Assembly: GCA_002245135.1 (NCBI GenBank)
Contig: NGBS01001202.1
Location: 1 to 47,903, forward strand
DNA: 47,903 bases
Direction: 5' to 3'
DNA from: Proteromonas lacertae
Taxonomy: Eukaryota
Part shown: piece after piece, positions 1 through 14,900 of the stretch
How positions within the stretch are numbered: position 1 is the stretch's first letter
Layout of the letters: the number at the start of each line of letters is the position of its first letter
Translations under genes and position numbers: made by a program
Notes under the pieces: generated by a model
The model's database searches: none
What the model saw: the letters and a program-made list of their open reading frames with translations, nothing else
What the model was told of the DNA's origin: nothing

Positions 1-2034
1 CTATTTCCATATTTATTCATCATTACTGCTCTTATATTCAATAATGTCACATTTTTGTTGAATGTAAATGAATAATATTCACAAATACCACCTGTTGCTT
101 TGTTTGTTTCATAACAACTTAATTTATAAGAAACATCACTATTTCCACCTAACTTGCTTAAATCTAAATCATAATCACCATTATCTGTTTCTATCTTCAC
201 ACTCACTCAAACCAGATGGAACTACTCCTTCAAAATCAATATAAATATAATCATTCTTATTCAATGACACTATTGGATATATCAATTTTTCATTAGCTTT
301 CATTAATTTACTATTCATCATACTTGGAAGTGAATGAAGATTGGGTGAATTGTTGCTGAGGTTAATATATACTTGTTTTCATCATCAACATCTTTATAAA
401 AAGGCTACTCTCCGCAGTACTATTGTATTGATATACATCAAATGCATTAGAACCTTTTACTTTACCATTACTATCAGTTAATAATAAGATTATCTCACTA
501 AAGCCAGTAGTTTTTAAATCAGGAATATTGTAATTCAAATAACCACCAATTATATTACTGTTATTTATGCTTATTTCGTTTCCATATAAATCAATCATCT
601 TTAATTTATCTCCATCTGCTAATGTTACTTTCGCATATAATACATTTTCATGATTTACATATTTATATGATGTATCTGGATCAGATGCTTTTTCTTTCGT
701 ATAAACATTTACACTTGACCAAATATTTACATTCGAAATATCATTCGATGTTATCTTAGTTGTTGTTATATCAACACATAGATGATTTATTGTTTCACCA
801 AAACAGTGTTTATGAGGATTTACTGATTTACCTAAATAAGAAACAAATCCAATTCGACCATTAGTTGCTACTTCTTTTGAATAAACACGAGGAACATTAT
901 CTTTTCTTGATTCTGGTTTGGAATAAAACCAATAAGATTCACTATATTTTTCACATTTAATGGTTTTTGCATTTTCATCTGAAACACAATTTGTTATTGT
1001 TGGGGAATTTTCATAAGTTGGAAATGGAACAGCTGTTGTTGGTTTTGTATATTTCTCACCAGGTTTATAATCAATTTCAATTTCAACATATTGTGGTTCA
1101 TCATATTCTCTCTTCTCTTCACTTCCTATATTCTCATATGTATTAGATTGAATTTTACTCCAATGAATTCTCTTTACTAAAACACTCATTGTACCAATAT
1201 CAATATTTCTTGGAACCCATTTTACACCTAATGGGATTTGAGAATCACCATAGCCTTTATCTCCACCAGATATTCCATCTATATCAGCATCTAATAAATC
1301 ATCTAATATTCCTTTTATTGGATTAGTTGATGGTCCCCATAATACTCGAACAGATTTGTCTTTCCAAGAATATTGACCTGAACCAATATAACGATATTCT
1401 AATATTGTTGAGATATATTGCTGATTTGCTGTGCTAATCATATTACTTCTATTGAATGGTAATTCTATCGCTATTCCTTGATATTTAAATGGTATTTCTC
1501 CTACTTTTTCATCATCAGTATGATAAGCTTTGTCAATACCTAAATAATGTCTTGAATAAGGATGATCAAAAGCATATAATCTATAAGTTATATTATTACC
1601 TACATCACTTAATTTCTTCCAAAACCAGCTTTCAGGATCTTTGCCTACTACATTATAATAATATTGTTTTGCTGTAATTGGTTGATACCAAGCACCAGCA
1701 CCCATTATACATGCATGATCACCATAACCATCGGATAATTCAAAATTATTGAATTGACCAGTTTTACTTACTTCTATTCTACCACTGTGACTAAATCCCA
1801 TATTATGATGCATTTCATGAACAAGGGCAGTTGAATAACAAGGACAATTTGGATAACCACCATAACCATTCACTATTGTCCATTTTGTATTTGTTTGAGA
1901 TGACCAAGTACCAAAATTACTCACTATACCCATTCCTGCCCAACCACCTGCAGTGACTCGAACTCGACCTATCATATAGATAACAGAAGCATAATTATCT
2001 CTAGTTTCGGGTAAATCAGGAACTCTTTCTTGTA

Positions 2035-2051
2035 ATAGTAGTTTCAAAAAT
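2035..2051 (+). repeat. Left terminal inverted repeat of the transposon
   Basis: ATAGTAGTTTCAAAAAT; reverse complement of 3996-4012 with 2 mismatches. Confidence 0.9.
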
Positions 2052-2410
2052 ATCGTTCGATTTGGCTCGAACGTTCGATTCATTTTTTTTTAACTTTCTT
2101 TTGTTTTTTATTTGATTTTTCTAATATATCATAAATAAATACATCATAATATATATTTTTGAAAATATAAAATTCCATATCTCTTTCTATTTAACAAAAT
2201 AAATTAAGTCAAGCTCGAGCCTAAATTCCAAATCGTTCGAAGTATTTTAAACGCTAACTAGTTGAAATACTTTTGAGTTAATATTTTAAATGGCTACTAT
2301 ATTATATGTATTAATTTTGGCCAACATAAAATCAAATGAAAAACCCCTACAAAATATTTTTTTAATTCGGACAATTGTATAAAATTGTATAAAACCTTCT
2401 TTTAGGCTAA

Positions 2411-3579
2411 TTACTCTTCTGGGATGTTTGTTATCTTTCTAATTCGTTTAATGTCATTGTCTAGAACGAAGTCACCCTGTTTGTAAAGACATGCCATACA
2501 TGCTTCACGATATCTAAAAGCATATTTATGTCTGGTGGCTTGGCTTGACATTATTTCATTCCAAATTCTTTTTGCAGCTTCTTCTAGGCTATCTAAGTCT
2601 TTGAAATTGTTTTCATCTTCACTAATCTTGTGTTTTAGAGTCGCCCAGACCTTTTCAATAGGATTTAAGTCTGGAGAAAACGGTGGATGTCTGATAGGTT
2701 TCCAACCGTTCCTTTGAAGATATTCTGTGGTATACCTACTTTTATGTATGCTGGCATTGTCTTGTAAGAAATAACATTGTCTCTGATGGTTTACCAATGG
2801 ATGCTGTTGAATTAGAGGCGGTAAAGTTTTCTTTAAAAATCGACAATATCTAACTGAATTTATTCCCTTACTTACACCATCTTTGGGTTCAAATGACTTC
2901 TGCATAACCATCAGATCAGTGAATCCATACTCTGAAAAGGCACCCCAGACCATAACGCCTGCGTTTCCTTTGATCCTTTGCTTCCTAATAATAGGTTTTC
3001 AGAGATACTCCATCCAACACTTTTAACATTTCTAAGTCTAATCATCGACTCATCTGAGAACATAATCGTCTTATAATTCAAGAATATGTTTTGAGATACT
3101 GTCATTAATCTTTCTTCAACGTTCTTTTGGGTCAAGCCTGGACAAACTCCACTATTTCCAAAAAAGATCTTCCATGATTTACAATAACGACGAATTGTAC
3201 TTAATGATACTGTTGAGGGGATTAAGCTGTTCTTCACCAACACATTTCTGAGTGTTTTGGCAGATTGAATTGTAATGCCATTAACTTGACTTCTCAAGAT
3301 ATAATCTCTAACAGCTTGCCCACTAATGATAGAGTTCAAAATAATTGGCTTTCTCCCTCTTCTAACCTTAGGTGGTGAAATACTTGATTTGGCTTTGGAC
3401 GTCTTCAACCCCATAATTTGTAAGTACTTCCAAATAGTACTCTTGGTTCTTGCCATTTTTAAGGCAATTTCTCCAATACTACAAGATTGATTTACCAGAG
3501 CTCTAATTTTCTCTTTTTCAGACTCTGTAACAGGAGTTTTTTTGACAGTGACTTTACATGGTTGTTTTGGGGATCTCAT
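2411..3579 (-). CDS. Tc1-like DD34E transposase split into two overlapping ORFs by a -1 frameshift
   Basis: N-terminal HTH and RGRKP motif, then IMFSDES (first D) in ORF 2911-3579. VMVWGAF, LQDNASIH and SPDLNPIEKVW lie in ORF 2411-2953, with 34 residues between the second D and E. One extra A at GAAAAC (2995-3000) restores SISEKPIIRKQRIKGNAGVMVWG. Confidence 0.88.
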
Positions 3580-3995
3580 TTGCTCTAATTAGCGAGAAAG
3601 ATCTAAATAAAGGGAATGAAAATTCAGACAAAACGACTATTTTTATTGAAATCGTTCGATTTTTGTTTTTTCGATTTTTAATTATAAAAAAGTTATTTGA
3701 TCAGTCTAAAATTCAAATTTTGTTAATTACCTATAAGGTAGCAATAGATTTATGATATAAAAATCAATAGATAAAGAGACATTTCAAAAAGTGAGAAATA
3801 AAAATTAAAAAAAATACAACAGCTAGTTTAGTTTTTTTTATTATTTTTGGTTATATTTTTTTTTTGGCTAAATTATTGATAGTTTTCTTTTATTTTATAA
3901 AAACTCTATCAAGTCAAGCTTGTAAATAGTACAAAAAAATAAAGACAATACATATGTATAGTATAAAAAGAGAATGGGATGGCCAAGCCAAACCC

Positions 3996-4012
3996 ATTTT
4001 TGATTCTACTAT
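3996..4012 (-). repeat. Right terminal inverted repeat of the transposon
   Basis: ATTTTTGATTCTACTAT followed by TA. Confidence 0.9.
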
Positions 4013-5904
4013 TAATATACTAACAAATGCAGGCGCTTCACTCTCGTAATAGTAATCAGTTTCACCAAGTGCATAAATACAATCAGATATAAAAGAATTC
4101 TTTGCATCTACGGAAACTCGATTTCCAGACCAGATTCTAGCAGCATAATCTACATGGAACAATAACTCTCTCATCAGCTCTGTGGAAATACATTCACCAG
4201 CATATTTACTAGCCATGGACCACATTATACGCCACACTTTCACTCGGATGTTTCTTTTACCTTCTAAATTTTTGGACCATCCACTACTACCAAGCATACG
4301 TTTTTCATTCTCTTCTGACTCTGGCAGGTATTGATAAGAGTGAAGATGAACTTGTCTCTTCATCTTAACAAACTCATAGCTTGATATACTCATTCCAGAT
4401 TCCAATTTGAACTCGGCAGCATTTTCAATCTTGTAACTCTTCGAATTAACACCTAAATAGTAGTTACCTCCTGAGTCCACTTCTACCTCAACTGTCTTGT
4501 TATAGTAGACGCCACTGCTCTCAGCTCCTACTGTAACAAGAATAGCAATAAAAACAAAATCAATCAAATGCATGATTTTATTGGCTAAGAATTTTTGAGA
4601 ACGAAATTATAGTCGTTACTTTGTTGTAACGGTTTTGTGTTAATTCAGCTTGATTTACATATTAGAGTGGATTATTTCTGGTTTCATAATGTAAAAACAT
4701 CAATATTGCTAAATTGGATAATTATATAATACTATTCTTTAAATGTTGACATTTTTGTTTTTCACATTACTTTTGGCTAAATAATTGTTATGGTAAATCA
4801 ATCGATTTCTATAGTAGATCATAAATTAATAGTATAAATAATATTATCTTGAATAAAAAAGTAAAAATATCAATTTAGATTTGTTTATCATAGTTTTATA
4901 TGCCAATCTTTACATAATTCATAATCAATAAGTCGATAACTTTCATAATATACATTGTCCTTTTCATTTCAAACACTCTATATTTCAATTAATTCATTTA
5001 TTCAATTATAAATCTTACAGATGAATTAAGTACCACAAACATTAAGCGTAACAAATATTTTTAAGTGATATTTATTAAATTATGTTGAAATAAATCGAAA
5101 TTCTCAGAAGAATGTCAAAAACAATATATCTAATCGCATGCTCTTTGTTTGACCGTTTTCATTGTTTTAATCTAGATATAACTGGATTAATTTCATTACT
5201 ACTCCATGAAGGAATAAACATGTAAATAATATACTTAAGTAGAATTTATATGATATTTTAGTTTTATCTTCTATACTAAATTTATCTACAGAGAGATAAA
5301 TTCAAAAAATGAAAAATCTTTGATTGAGGCTTGATCACTTCAAATCAATAATTGCATTTTCTTTTTTTAGAATGAAGTAGTGCTTAGTTTCTATTAAAAA
5401 ATTACAATTATGTTATTTACTATTCTAGAACATATATTAAACTTATATTATAAAAAGTAAATTAATCTAAATACCGTTATTATTAAAGTGATAGAATATG
5501 AAATATACTGCATATTATTATCTATTAGTATCCATTATCAATCATTTAAGTTTAGAAGAATTGGATAAATGTATTGTTAAACTATAGTTTCTGTCATTCA
5601 TATTTCAATATGTTCTGCATCACACTGTATTAACTAAATACATTTTTTGTTAAACATTATCTATTCTGCTTGTGATGTTTTTTAGTCATTCAAATAAATT
5701 GAAGGTGTTCGAAAATTTTCACAAAAAATTACCCTCATAATCAATAAATCAATTTACATTAAGTATAGAAATGATAATGATTGTTAATACTAGTGACAAA
5801 TAAATATTTTGTGATAAATATTAATTTTATCATTTCTTCTCTAATTTATAAATCAAACAGAATAAACAATTGAAATAAAATATAATATAATATAATAATA
5901 GTGT

Positions 5905-8900
5905 TTATTCTAAATCATTATAACCTTCTCCGTTGTGTAATTGAACATCAGCATCCATTGTTACTGTATTACTAATTGCATATAATAATTTTTCACGTAA
6001 TATCTCTTTGCTACTATAAGCAGGAAGAGATAAAGAGAAAAAACAGGTTTGACTGTGAGGCATATAACTATCAGGATTATCATCGATATTTTTACCTGAG
6101 CCACTTTGAATTTTAAATTTCATTGGGAAATATTTTGCTGAATTGGGCATTCTAGATCGAGCTAATACAAATTTCAAAAATTGAACTTTTTCTTCTTCAC
6201 TCATTTCATTCAATACTTCCCAGAACCATTTTATATAATTCGCTTTTGGATCTACTTTTTCATATTCAGTACATTGTTTTAACACTTCTATATCCAATAC
6301 TCGACTTCCAGATATTAGATTTTCTAATTCTTCAAATGTAAATAAATGTAATATTTCAAGTGGTAAAGAAACACATAAACCAGCTTCAAATGATTGGATT
6401 TGTTTGGTTGCTTCTTTTATTCGATTTCTTAATACAAAATCTACATATCTTTTTCTTTCATCCCAACTTACAATCTTATTTCGATGATTTGTATCTAATG
6501 GGATTATTTCACCACTTGAGATTTCCATTGTATTATCTATTTCACCAACTATATCTTCATAAGTTTCAGCTGTTATTCCTTTTTCTTCAAGTATTTCTAT
6601 ATCTTTTAAACTTTTATAAGTATTATAATCTATCTCTTTAAAATCTTCAATACTGATTGAATCTCGGCTTAAGATCTTCCATGTTAATTCAGGTAAATCT
6701 AATGCTAATTGAAGACCACTTCGAATTGAACTACCTATTAATTTTCCTAAATAACAAAGTAAACCTAAATTATCATTACTTTTCATATTAGGACTTGGAT
6801 TGAATATATATCTATCTCGACCACTTTCACCACTGTTATTGAATTTGTTTGGACTTGGAATTAAGAATGGTAATAAACAATTTGGTCGAATTATTTTTCT
6901 ATTATTATTATTGTTATTATTATTATTTGTATTTTGATATTCAGGTAAATCATGATCATTTTGCAATTCATTTATTATATCTTCAAAGACTGTTCTATAG
7001 GGACCACCATAATCATTCACACCTTCACCTGTAAATTTCACTTTAAAACATCTTTTCTGACCACCATGACCTTTACATACATATTCAATTCGGTAAGTTG
7101 AATCAGCACAATCTTTCATTTGTCTATATAATTGGCCAAATACACTTTGATTCATTCTTTCCACTGGATCACATATTCCTGCTAATATTTCAGGTTTGGC
7201 TTTTAATCGATTGATTATTAAGGTTTGGATTTCACGAGGATCTTCATATTCATCACTTGGGATTTTCAACTCTGTTTTTGTCTCTTCTAATATCTCATCA
7301 AAGAATTTCTTTTTCGTTGATGTAAATAAGATTCGCTTTAAATCATATAAGTATTGACCTAAATTGTAAGATAACCAACCATCTTCACTTTCACTGATTA
7401 ACTCTTCTCTTGGTGATATATTTCTTCGACTCTTTATATTATTATATGGTGAAAATAATGAATGGCTATGTGATTCATCTTTTAACACTATACTTTGTTT
7501 ATTCAAATCAGATTTAAACACTATATATGGTAATACATGTGAAATTAATGTATTAAACTTTACTAATATTGTACTTCTAAGTATTGCTAAATCTCTATTG
7601 ATAATATTACCGTTTTTACTTTCATTCCATATAAATTGACTAGAATTCAAATTCTCTGGTATTTCAGCATACTTTGAGCATGATTTATTCATCGCTGTTA
7701 CAATCATTTCATCAATATTTAAATTCCATTTTACACTTTCTATTTTGCTCTTATATTCTTCGAATGTATATATCTTATCACTATTTGGTTTGTAAGTCTT
7801 CTTTTTATCTACTAATTCTACAAATTTTAATTCTTTTGGTGTTAATTGCCATGCGTTTTGTATATTATTCGATAATCCTTCATGATTATCAGTATGACAT
7901 AATCTATACCATATTCTACTGTTATAAACACCTAATATTTCAGCTATCTCAGCATTTTCTAGTTTCTTATCATTACAGAATAATAATTTCACTAAATTGC
8001 CTGCTCTAAAAGGACAATTCAAATTCTTAAATGCTTCATCACTTACATCAAAATCACATTCTACACCACGAACTCTTATTGGATATCTTTTAAACTTTCC
8101 ACTTATCCATCTCTTATAATATTCATAAGATTCATGTAGGAATGATAATGGTAAATTATCACCATGTTGATGTAACCAAAACTGTATCAAACTATGAGCT
8201 AATCTAAATTCTTGTAATGTGATAGCTATTGAAACGCCTTGCATTGAAAACCATTTTCCATTTAATGTAATTTGTTCATCTTTATTCTTCATACATATAA
8301 GTGGATATAAAACTGTTTCAGATGAATAACTTTTACCATTGCTTAAATGATTACAAGCTGGACCTAAATCAGATAAAATATGTTCACCAAACTTATAACC
8401 ATCATAATAGAATGACATTAATCCTTTATCTGAATTAAATAATACACCAACTGTATCACCTTTACTATAGAATGTGCCATAAATCTTCTCAATTGGAGCA
8501 CCTCTTGTATTCTCTTGAATTGCTCTATAACTAACATAATAATTACCTTTCCATATCTTCTGGTAAGGAATACAACTATCACTTGGTTTGGTTTGATTCT
8601 GTATAACACCAACAGCTACATCACCTGGTTGTGAAGTATTATCTATATTAACTTCCCAATAGTTTATACCATGATTAAAACCAATTGAACCTAAACTAAT
8701 CGGTTGATAACCTTTGATAGTCTGTTTAATTGAACTTCTTTCTCCATCTAAATTAATATCCACTTCGGTGTTGAATAAATCAATTGTTTTTGTAACTGTA
8801 GATGATGTAGTAGTTGATGATGTTGTACCACTATTCAATATTACACCATTTCCAATAGTCTCTTTTTGGAATGTAAATAATTCTGTATTTCTTAATCCAA

Positions 8901-11900
8901 TCTTACCCATATTATGTTGTTCTTTACCATCAATATTAATAGCTATAAGATAAGTTAAATTAATAACTAATGTCTTATAACCCAAGTATTTAAATGTACC
9001 TGTATATTTAGTACCACTTCTCCAATTATCTGTACCAAATCGAGTATTCCATCCTCTATTACATATACCAGCAATAAACTTATCTTCAGTAAAACTAATA
9101 CTACCATTTGGCTGTATTTTACCTTTAATTGACATTCTTCCATTATACTGTGGGAATTCAATTACACCATCAATCATTTGTGTTTCATTTAATGGATAAG
9201 TGAAATTATTAATCATTAATCTTACACCAGTCTTCAATTCCTTTGAAAATGAACCTTTATACTTACATTCTCTTGGTAACGGATATCTTTTAGTAATTTG
9301 ATTTCTTTCATTCACATCAACAATCACTAAATCATATTTTTCATTACACCAACGATATTTATATATATTACCACCTTCCCATTTAACTGTAACAGTTAAA
9401 CCATTGTCATATGGATCTGAGGTCAATAATAATGGTGATTGTTGTGGTCTATACACATCAATAGCAGTTACAACTCCTACTCCATCGTTATCTTGATCTG
9501 TCCAATCCCAATCTGGACCTCTTATTACATGATCACCTATCTTTATATCAGGTGATTCAGATTTGAAGATTGGTGGTTGGTTTAACCATCCTGATAGTTT
9601 TACTGAATCTGTATCATCAGATGGAACACCAATTTCATAACCATCACTCCAATTATCGATTTTGACTAATGATTTTTCAAAATCTTTGTTATTTTCTAAG
9701 TATGATTTTATATTGGATATTACTGTTACTAATTCTAATAAGTTTAATGTATAGGCTGAATAACAAGGTGATCTATCTCTTTCAGTATATAATTTCATCT
9801 CCAAATGTCCTTTTAATCTTTTATAAGCAACACACCTCAATAAATTATTAATAAAATCTTCTTGATCTTTTGTCATTACTTTCTTCTCATTATTCTGCAT
9901 TATAATTATAGCTAATTGTTCATTCAATATTGAATATAATACACTCATTGCTTTTGATCTTAATACCATTGACGGAGATCTTAATGCAATACACCAAGCG
10001 TTAAAAACACTTAATATAATCTGATTATGATAATTGTGGCACATACTGCATAACCTTAAAAATAAGTGTGTTAACCATTCACAGAGTGGTAAACAGGGTG
10101 TGATAATTGCTTGATCATCTTTCCAATTCTTATCACCACTAAAACCTGAGAAACTCTTGTTTTGAGTAGCAAATATCCATGGCGAATTCGAGTTCTTTGT
10201 TTTAGATGATTCTCCTATTTCTAATGTTAATTTGTATAATAATCTTTTGATTAAAATACTGTTCAAATTTCCACTTACTATTCTTGACTTTAACTCTGAA
10301 TAGGTAAATACTTTTAGAATATCATCAGGTGAAGCAAAATCAGAAATATCATCATACTTTGGTATATCACTATCTACATAGAATGAATTAATTTCAACAT
10401 TTCTTAATGGATAATTTCTCAACATTTTATATACATCAAATAGTTTATCAATACAAGTTGATTCAGATATTACTATTGGTTGTTCTTCTTGTTGTTGTTG
10501 TTGATTTGTAGATTGTAATATTTGGTAATATGTATCAACAAATGATCTGTTTGTTATATCTTCAATCGGCCAAGTTCTCATTATAATTAACATCAATTGT
10601 CTCATTAATAATTTAATATATTTTGATGATATAGTGATTAAAGAAGAAACTATCTTATAATAATCTTTAATTTTTGTCAAGTTTGTCATTGCTTTGTATC
10701 TACTATCAGAAAATGCTTGTAAACCTGCATATTGTCTAATCAAATGATAATCAATTGCAGCACAAGTGAATGAGTTTATTTCTAAGTTGAAGTATCTTCC
10801 ATAAAACAATTTCTCATCATTTTCTAAGGTAAAATGATCTTCAACATCTACTAATTCATCTCCACTATAATCACCCATTGGTCTTCCAAATAATTCTCTT
10901 TGTAAGTTAGTACAACTACATATTGGTTGATAACCTAATGGTAAATACCTTAAAGGTTCAGATTTATCCAAACCAATATTAAATTTAGCACCAGATCCAC
11001 GATTTATAGATATACAAGGATAAACATAATTATCAAATAAAATACCTTCAAATGCAATACCCATTGGTGCAGAACTATTTCCATTCAATGAAAATCCCAT
11101 CTTCTTTTCATCTAAATCAATATAACAGCCAACAACATCACCTTTATTCCATTTCAAACCATATTTCATTTGTTCCAATGACCATTTACACTCTCTTACA
11201 CCATCATATGCCCAACTATGTGAATCATCACCAACTCCTTGACCTGTTTGTAAAACACCAAAGAATGACGAATCTGCCCATCCTATTTGAATAATATCAC
11301 AGTTCATTATGGTTACTTCATAATACCATTTACCTTCACTGATTATAGCTGATGGAATACCTACAGAGATGAAGTCTTTAGATGTTGGAATAGTGGAAAC
11401 TGTATAATCATCAATCTGTCCTATTCCACATACTTCTGTAAGATATTTACCTCTTGAAACAATAGAATCAACTCTCATTAACTTATCAGTGTTATTATTA
11501 ATCTTTGACATATCATATGTTGTTGTAGAATTAGTAGAAGGTTGTGATTTATCCTTTTTACTCTCTTTATATCTATTATCGATGATTTCATCCACATTTC
11601 CATTATATTCAATTAATAATTTCTTTGCTTCTTCATTATCAAATCCTAAACTCACTAATAATGCTAAATTCATAACAAAATCTGGATCTTCATTGTTATT
11701 ATTATCATTATTATTATTATTTGTAGTTTCAAGTATAGTATTGGTGTTATTAGTATATAAATTGTTGGTCTCAATTCCATTACTCAATATATATAATTGC
11801 ATATTAATCCATCTGAATAACAACAATCTATAACATTCTTCAATATCCACTAAATCAGGTAAACCATAAGTATTAGTGGAGAGTAAACAGATGTTGATTA

Positions 11901-14900
11901 TATTGGTTAATAATTTACAGTGATTCTTATTGGATGAAAATAAATCCATATGTTTCTTACAGAACAATAAACTTTCTAATGCATAAACTGATAATACGGT
12001 TAAGTATTGTTTAGTGAATATAAAGTGTGTATTTTCTTTACTATTATCTTTATCTTTGTTATTGTCATTATTATCTTCATCAAAATATCTAAATAATGGT
12101 GTAATAATATTATCAACTAATAATTCGAATGTTCTAGTTGATATCTTTGTTGGTTGAGCCAAATGTTCAGGAATAGATCTCAAATCATCCACACAGCATG
12201 TATTTACTTCTGGTAATTCATTATCATTCAATATGATTGATATTTTCTCCACTTCACAGGTTGAATGCTTAGTATCAATTGATTTTACTATTCCTTCATA
12301 TCCTTGACCTTCATGATGTTCAATTACTTTAACTTTTGAATTTACATATATTTGACCAATATTATTACCTATAATATAGAAACAAATGATCGATTTTGAG
12401 ATTATAGGTTGGATAGATTGAAATTCATCTACTTTGTTAATCTTGCTCATATTCTTTGATAAATCATTAAATACACCATAAATTTCTTCATCTATTATTC
12501 TTGCCCAAATATCATTCTTTTCTTGTAATGTCCTCATTAATGTAACAATTTCTGATGTAATAAATGGGACTTTAACATGTTCTAAATCAGTAAATAATAC
12601 AGGAATATCTGATTCACATGGGTATAATAATGAACTTATATTGATAAATGATTTAATAATATCTTTTGGTGAATTTAAAATTGGAAATACTGGTGGTAAT
12701 GGAGTTGCTTGAGATTTATCTTTAGAAGAAGCAGTTGATGTTGTTGTTGTTGTAGCTGTAGGTGTAAATTTCAAATCAGTTGGATTAATTTGAGGTAATA
12801 ACAATCTAAATATCTTCATAGTATAAACATGAATATTTTCATTATCAATCTTGAAGAATGAAAATAGCAATTTGATCCATTTACTCTGCTGGAATTCAGA
12901 TATAAAACTGACTTTTGGATTAGATAATATATTGATTAATAATTGGATCAATTCAGTAAGTGGATGATCTAAATTACTGCTATTAATAGAAGTAAAGAAC
13001 TTTCTATCAATTGTATAAGTTGTTGTTAATGATATAAATGAATTATAATGGTTTAATACATTAGATAATTCACTATATAATACTGTAAATAGCTTGTTCT
13101 TTAATGTTGAAGATATTTCATTACTGTTGTTATTCTGAGAGATTTGGTTAAACAATGTACGATATATCCTTATAATAATTTGGGATACTGTAATACTATT
13201 CGTTTTATAAAGAATATTCTGTAAATTTCCACATAATTCTGAAGATAATAACATAGTCAATTCATTTATGTAGAATAAACTTCCAAAGTTATTCAATATT
13301 GACAATAACAAGTTAGTGTCATTTGCTGTTCTCATGGATGATAGACTATTAACGAAATATTGATATATTGCTGTTGAAGATGACATATATTTCTCTATCA
13401 AATATTTGCCTGATCCTGAAATATCAACTAGACAATTATCTTCATTAAATGAATTCTATACATAATATAATATATAATATATATACATATTCATTTTTAT
13501 TTCCACATAAGAATTCATTACATATATAAGTAAATGAAGTTGGGAATTGGGTATAATCCAAGTGTTTTTCATATACAGCAATCCAATCATGAATAGCTGT
13601 TAAATTGGATGATAAATTGACTTTCTGTGATAATAACTGTAAATATAATGTATGTATTATTGTTGATTTAAATGTAACGACTATTTTTGATTCTAATAAT
13701 TTTTCAAATTCTTGTAAATCAATATCAGACTTTAAAAAGTCAATAATATTCTATTGAAGAGTAAAAAATAAAAATATGATAATTATGATTATTATACATG
13801 TAAAACAGTTGCAGATAATCCATTTGGATTTAAAGATGGTGGAATAATAGAATCACTCTGATTATTAATCAACACTTCATTATTATCTTTAATAGCAGGT
13901 TCAATTTCCATTAAGAACTTACATTTATTGAATATATCTGTTTGAAAGGTTGTATAATCAACATTATTATTTCTATGTTTATTCAATATATGATCTAATA
14001 GTGGTTCTAATGATTTGTGTAAGTTTGAAAGTATTGGATCTGAATTATTCATACTATTGCTGTTGCTATTACTACTTTGTATTTTGATTCTATTTTCAAT
14101 GAAATTAGAAGCATATTCTATTAATCCCAAATGATAGATAATAACTCCAAATACATTTCTTCTGATGGATTTCATTGATTCACCACCTATTGAATCATAC
14201 ATGGATGGATTTCCTTTCCAAATAACTCTATAAATAATAATAATATAATAATATACTCTGTTAATGAATGTCCTTTTTCTCTGTTATTCATTACATTATC
14301 AATAAATGAAGATATTCCTTCATTAATGTCTTTATTATTATATGTTACATTTCCAAACATGGTAGTTAAATCATCACATCCTATATCGTTTGCTATTGTT
14401 AGATATATTCCATTCTCAACTTTACTGAGTATCGAATTGATTGTATTTAATGGATAACCATTCTTGAATAATGGTGTGGAGACTAGTTCGTGATATATAT
14501 CATCATATTCATCATTATTATCCTTATTCTTGATTAAAAATGAAACGATCATTTTTCCAATTAATTCAAATAGCAGTGAATTATTTTGTCTTATAAACTC
14601 AATATCATAAACATCATTTGAATATAACTTCCTCGCATAACATAATGACTTTTCATTGGTTGATTCATCTACATAATAACCAACAATAATATTATTCTTC
14701 AATAAATATCCATTCAAAGCTAATGAGATAGTGTCTTTATTAGATTTATATTGTTGTCTTAATACGACATAAGTATCATTTTCAATTGTACCTCTGGTAG
14801 TGAAATTATTACTTTTTCCTTGAATATCATCTCCTTTTTGTTTCAATGTAATTGTTGTTGATAAGAATTGAGGATGTTTATATTCAAATAACCATGTACC

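Larger units (their letters stand above)
2035..4012 (-). mobile_element. Tc1/IS630-superfamily DNA transposon, 1978 bp, TA target-site duplication
   Basis: TA at 2033-2034 and 4013-4014; TIRs ATAGTAGTTTCAAAAAT / ATTTTTGATTCTACTAT (15/17 match); internal DDE transposase; empty site CTTGTAATATAC visible in the paralogous fragment near 36886-36897. Confidence 0.93.
1..4573 (-). pseudogene. Secreted M11 (gametolysin-like) zinc metalloprotease, interrupted by a transposon at 2035-4012 and frameshifted at its 3' end; runs off the window start
   Basis: Signal peptide MHLIDFVFIAILVTVGA at 4573. Removing 2035-4012 plus one TA joins ...ESEAPAFVSIL to QERVPDLPETR in frame. Zinc motif HEMHHNMGFSH and Met-turn YGDHACIMG are present. 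Below ~400 coding-like sequence continues only through frame changes (e.g. GAGT duplication near 200-207). Confidence 0.8.

Noticed and set aside
2411..3579. Fanzor/TnpB cargo in the transposon
   Set aside because: Only the transposase is encoded; no RuvC or zinc-finger ORF fits in the remaining ~0.4-kb arms
4574..5904. 1.3-kb intergenic stretch
   Set aside because: No ORF, repeat or RNA structure recognised by eye
6360..11833. Short overlapping ORFs within the HECT gene and similar ones inside other long genes
   Set aside because: Low-complexity antisense or off-frame shadows of AT-rich coding sequence
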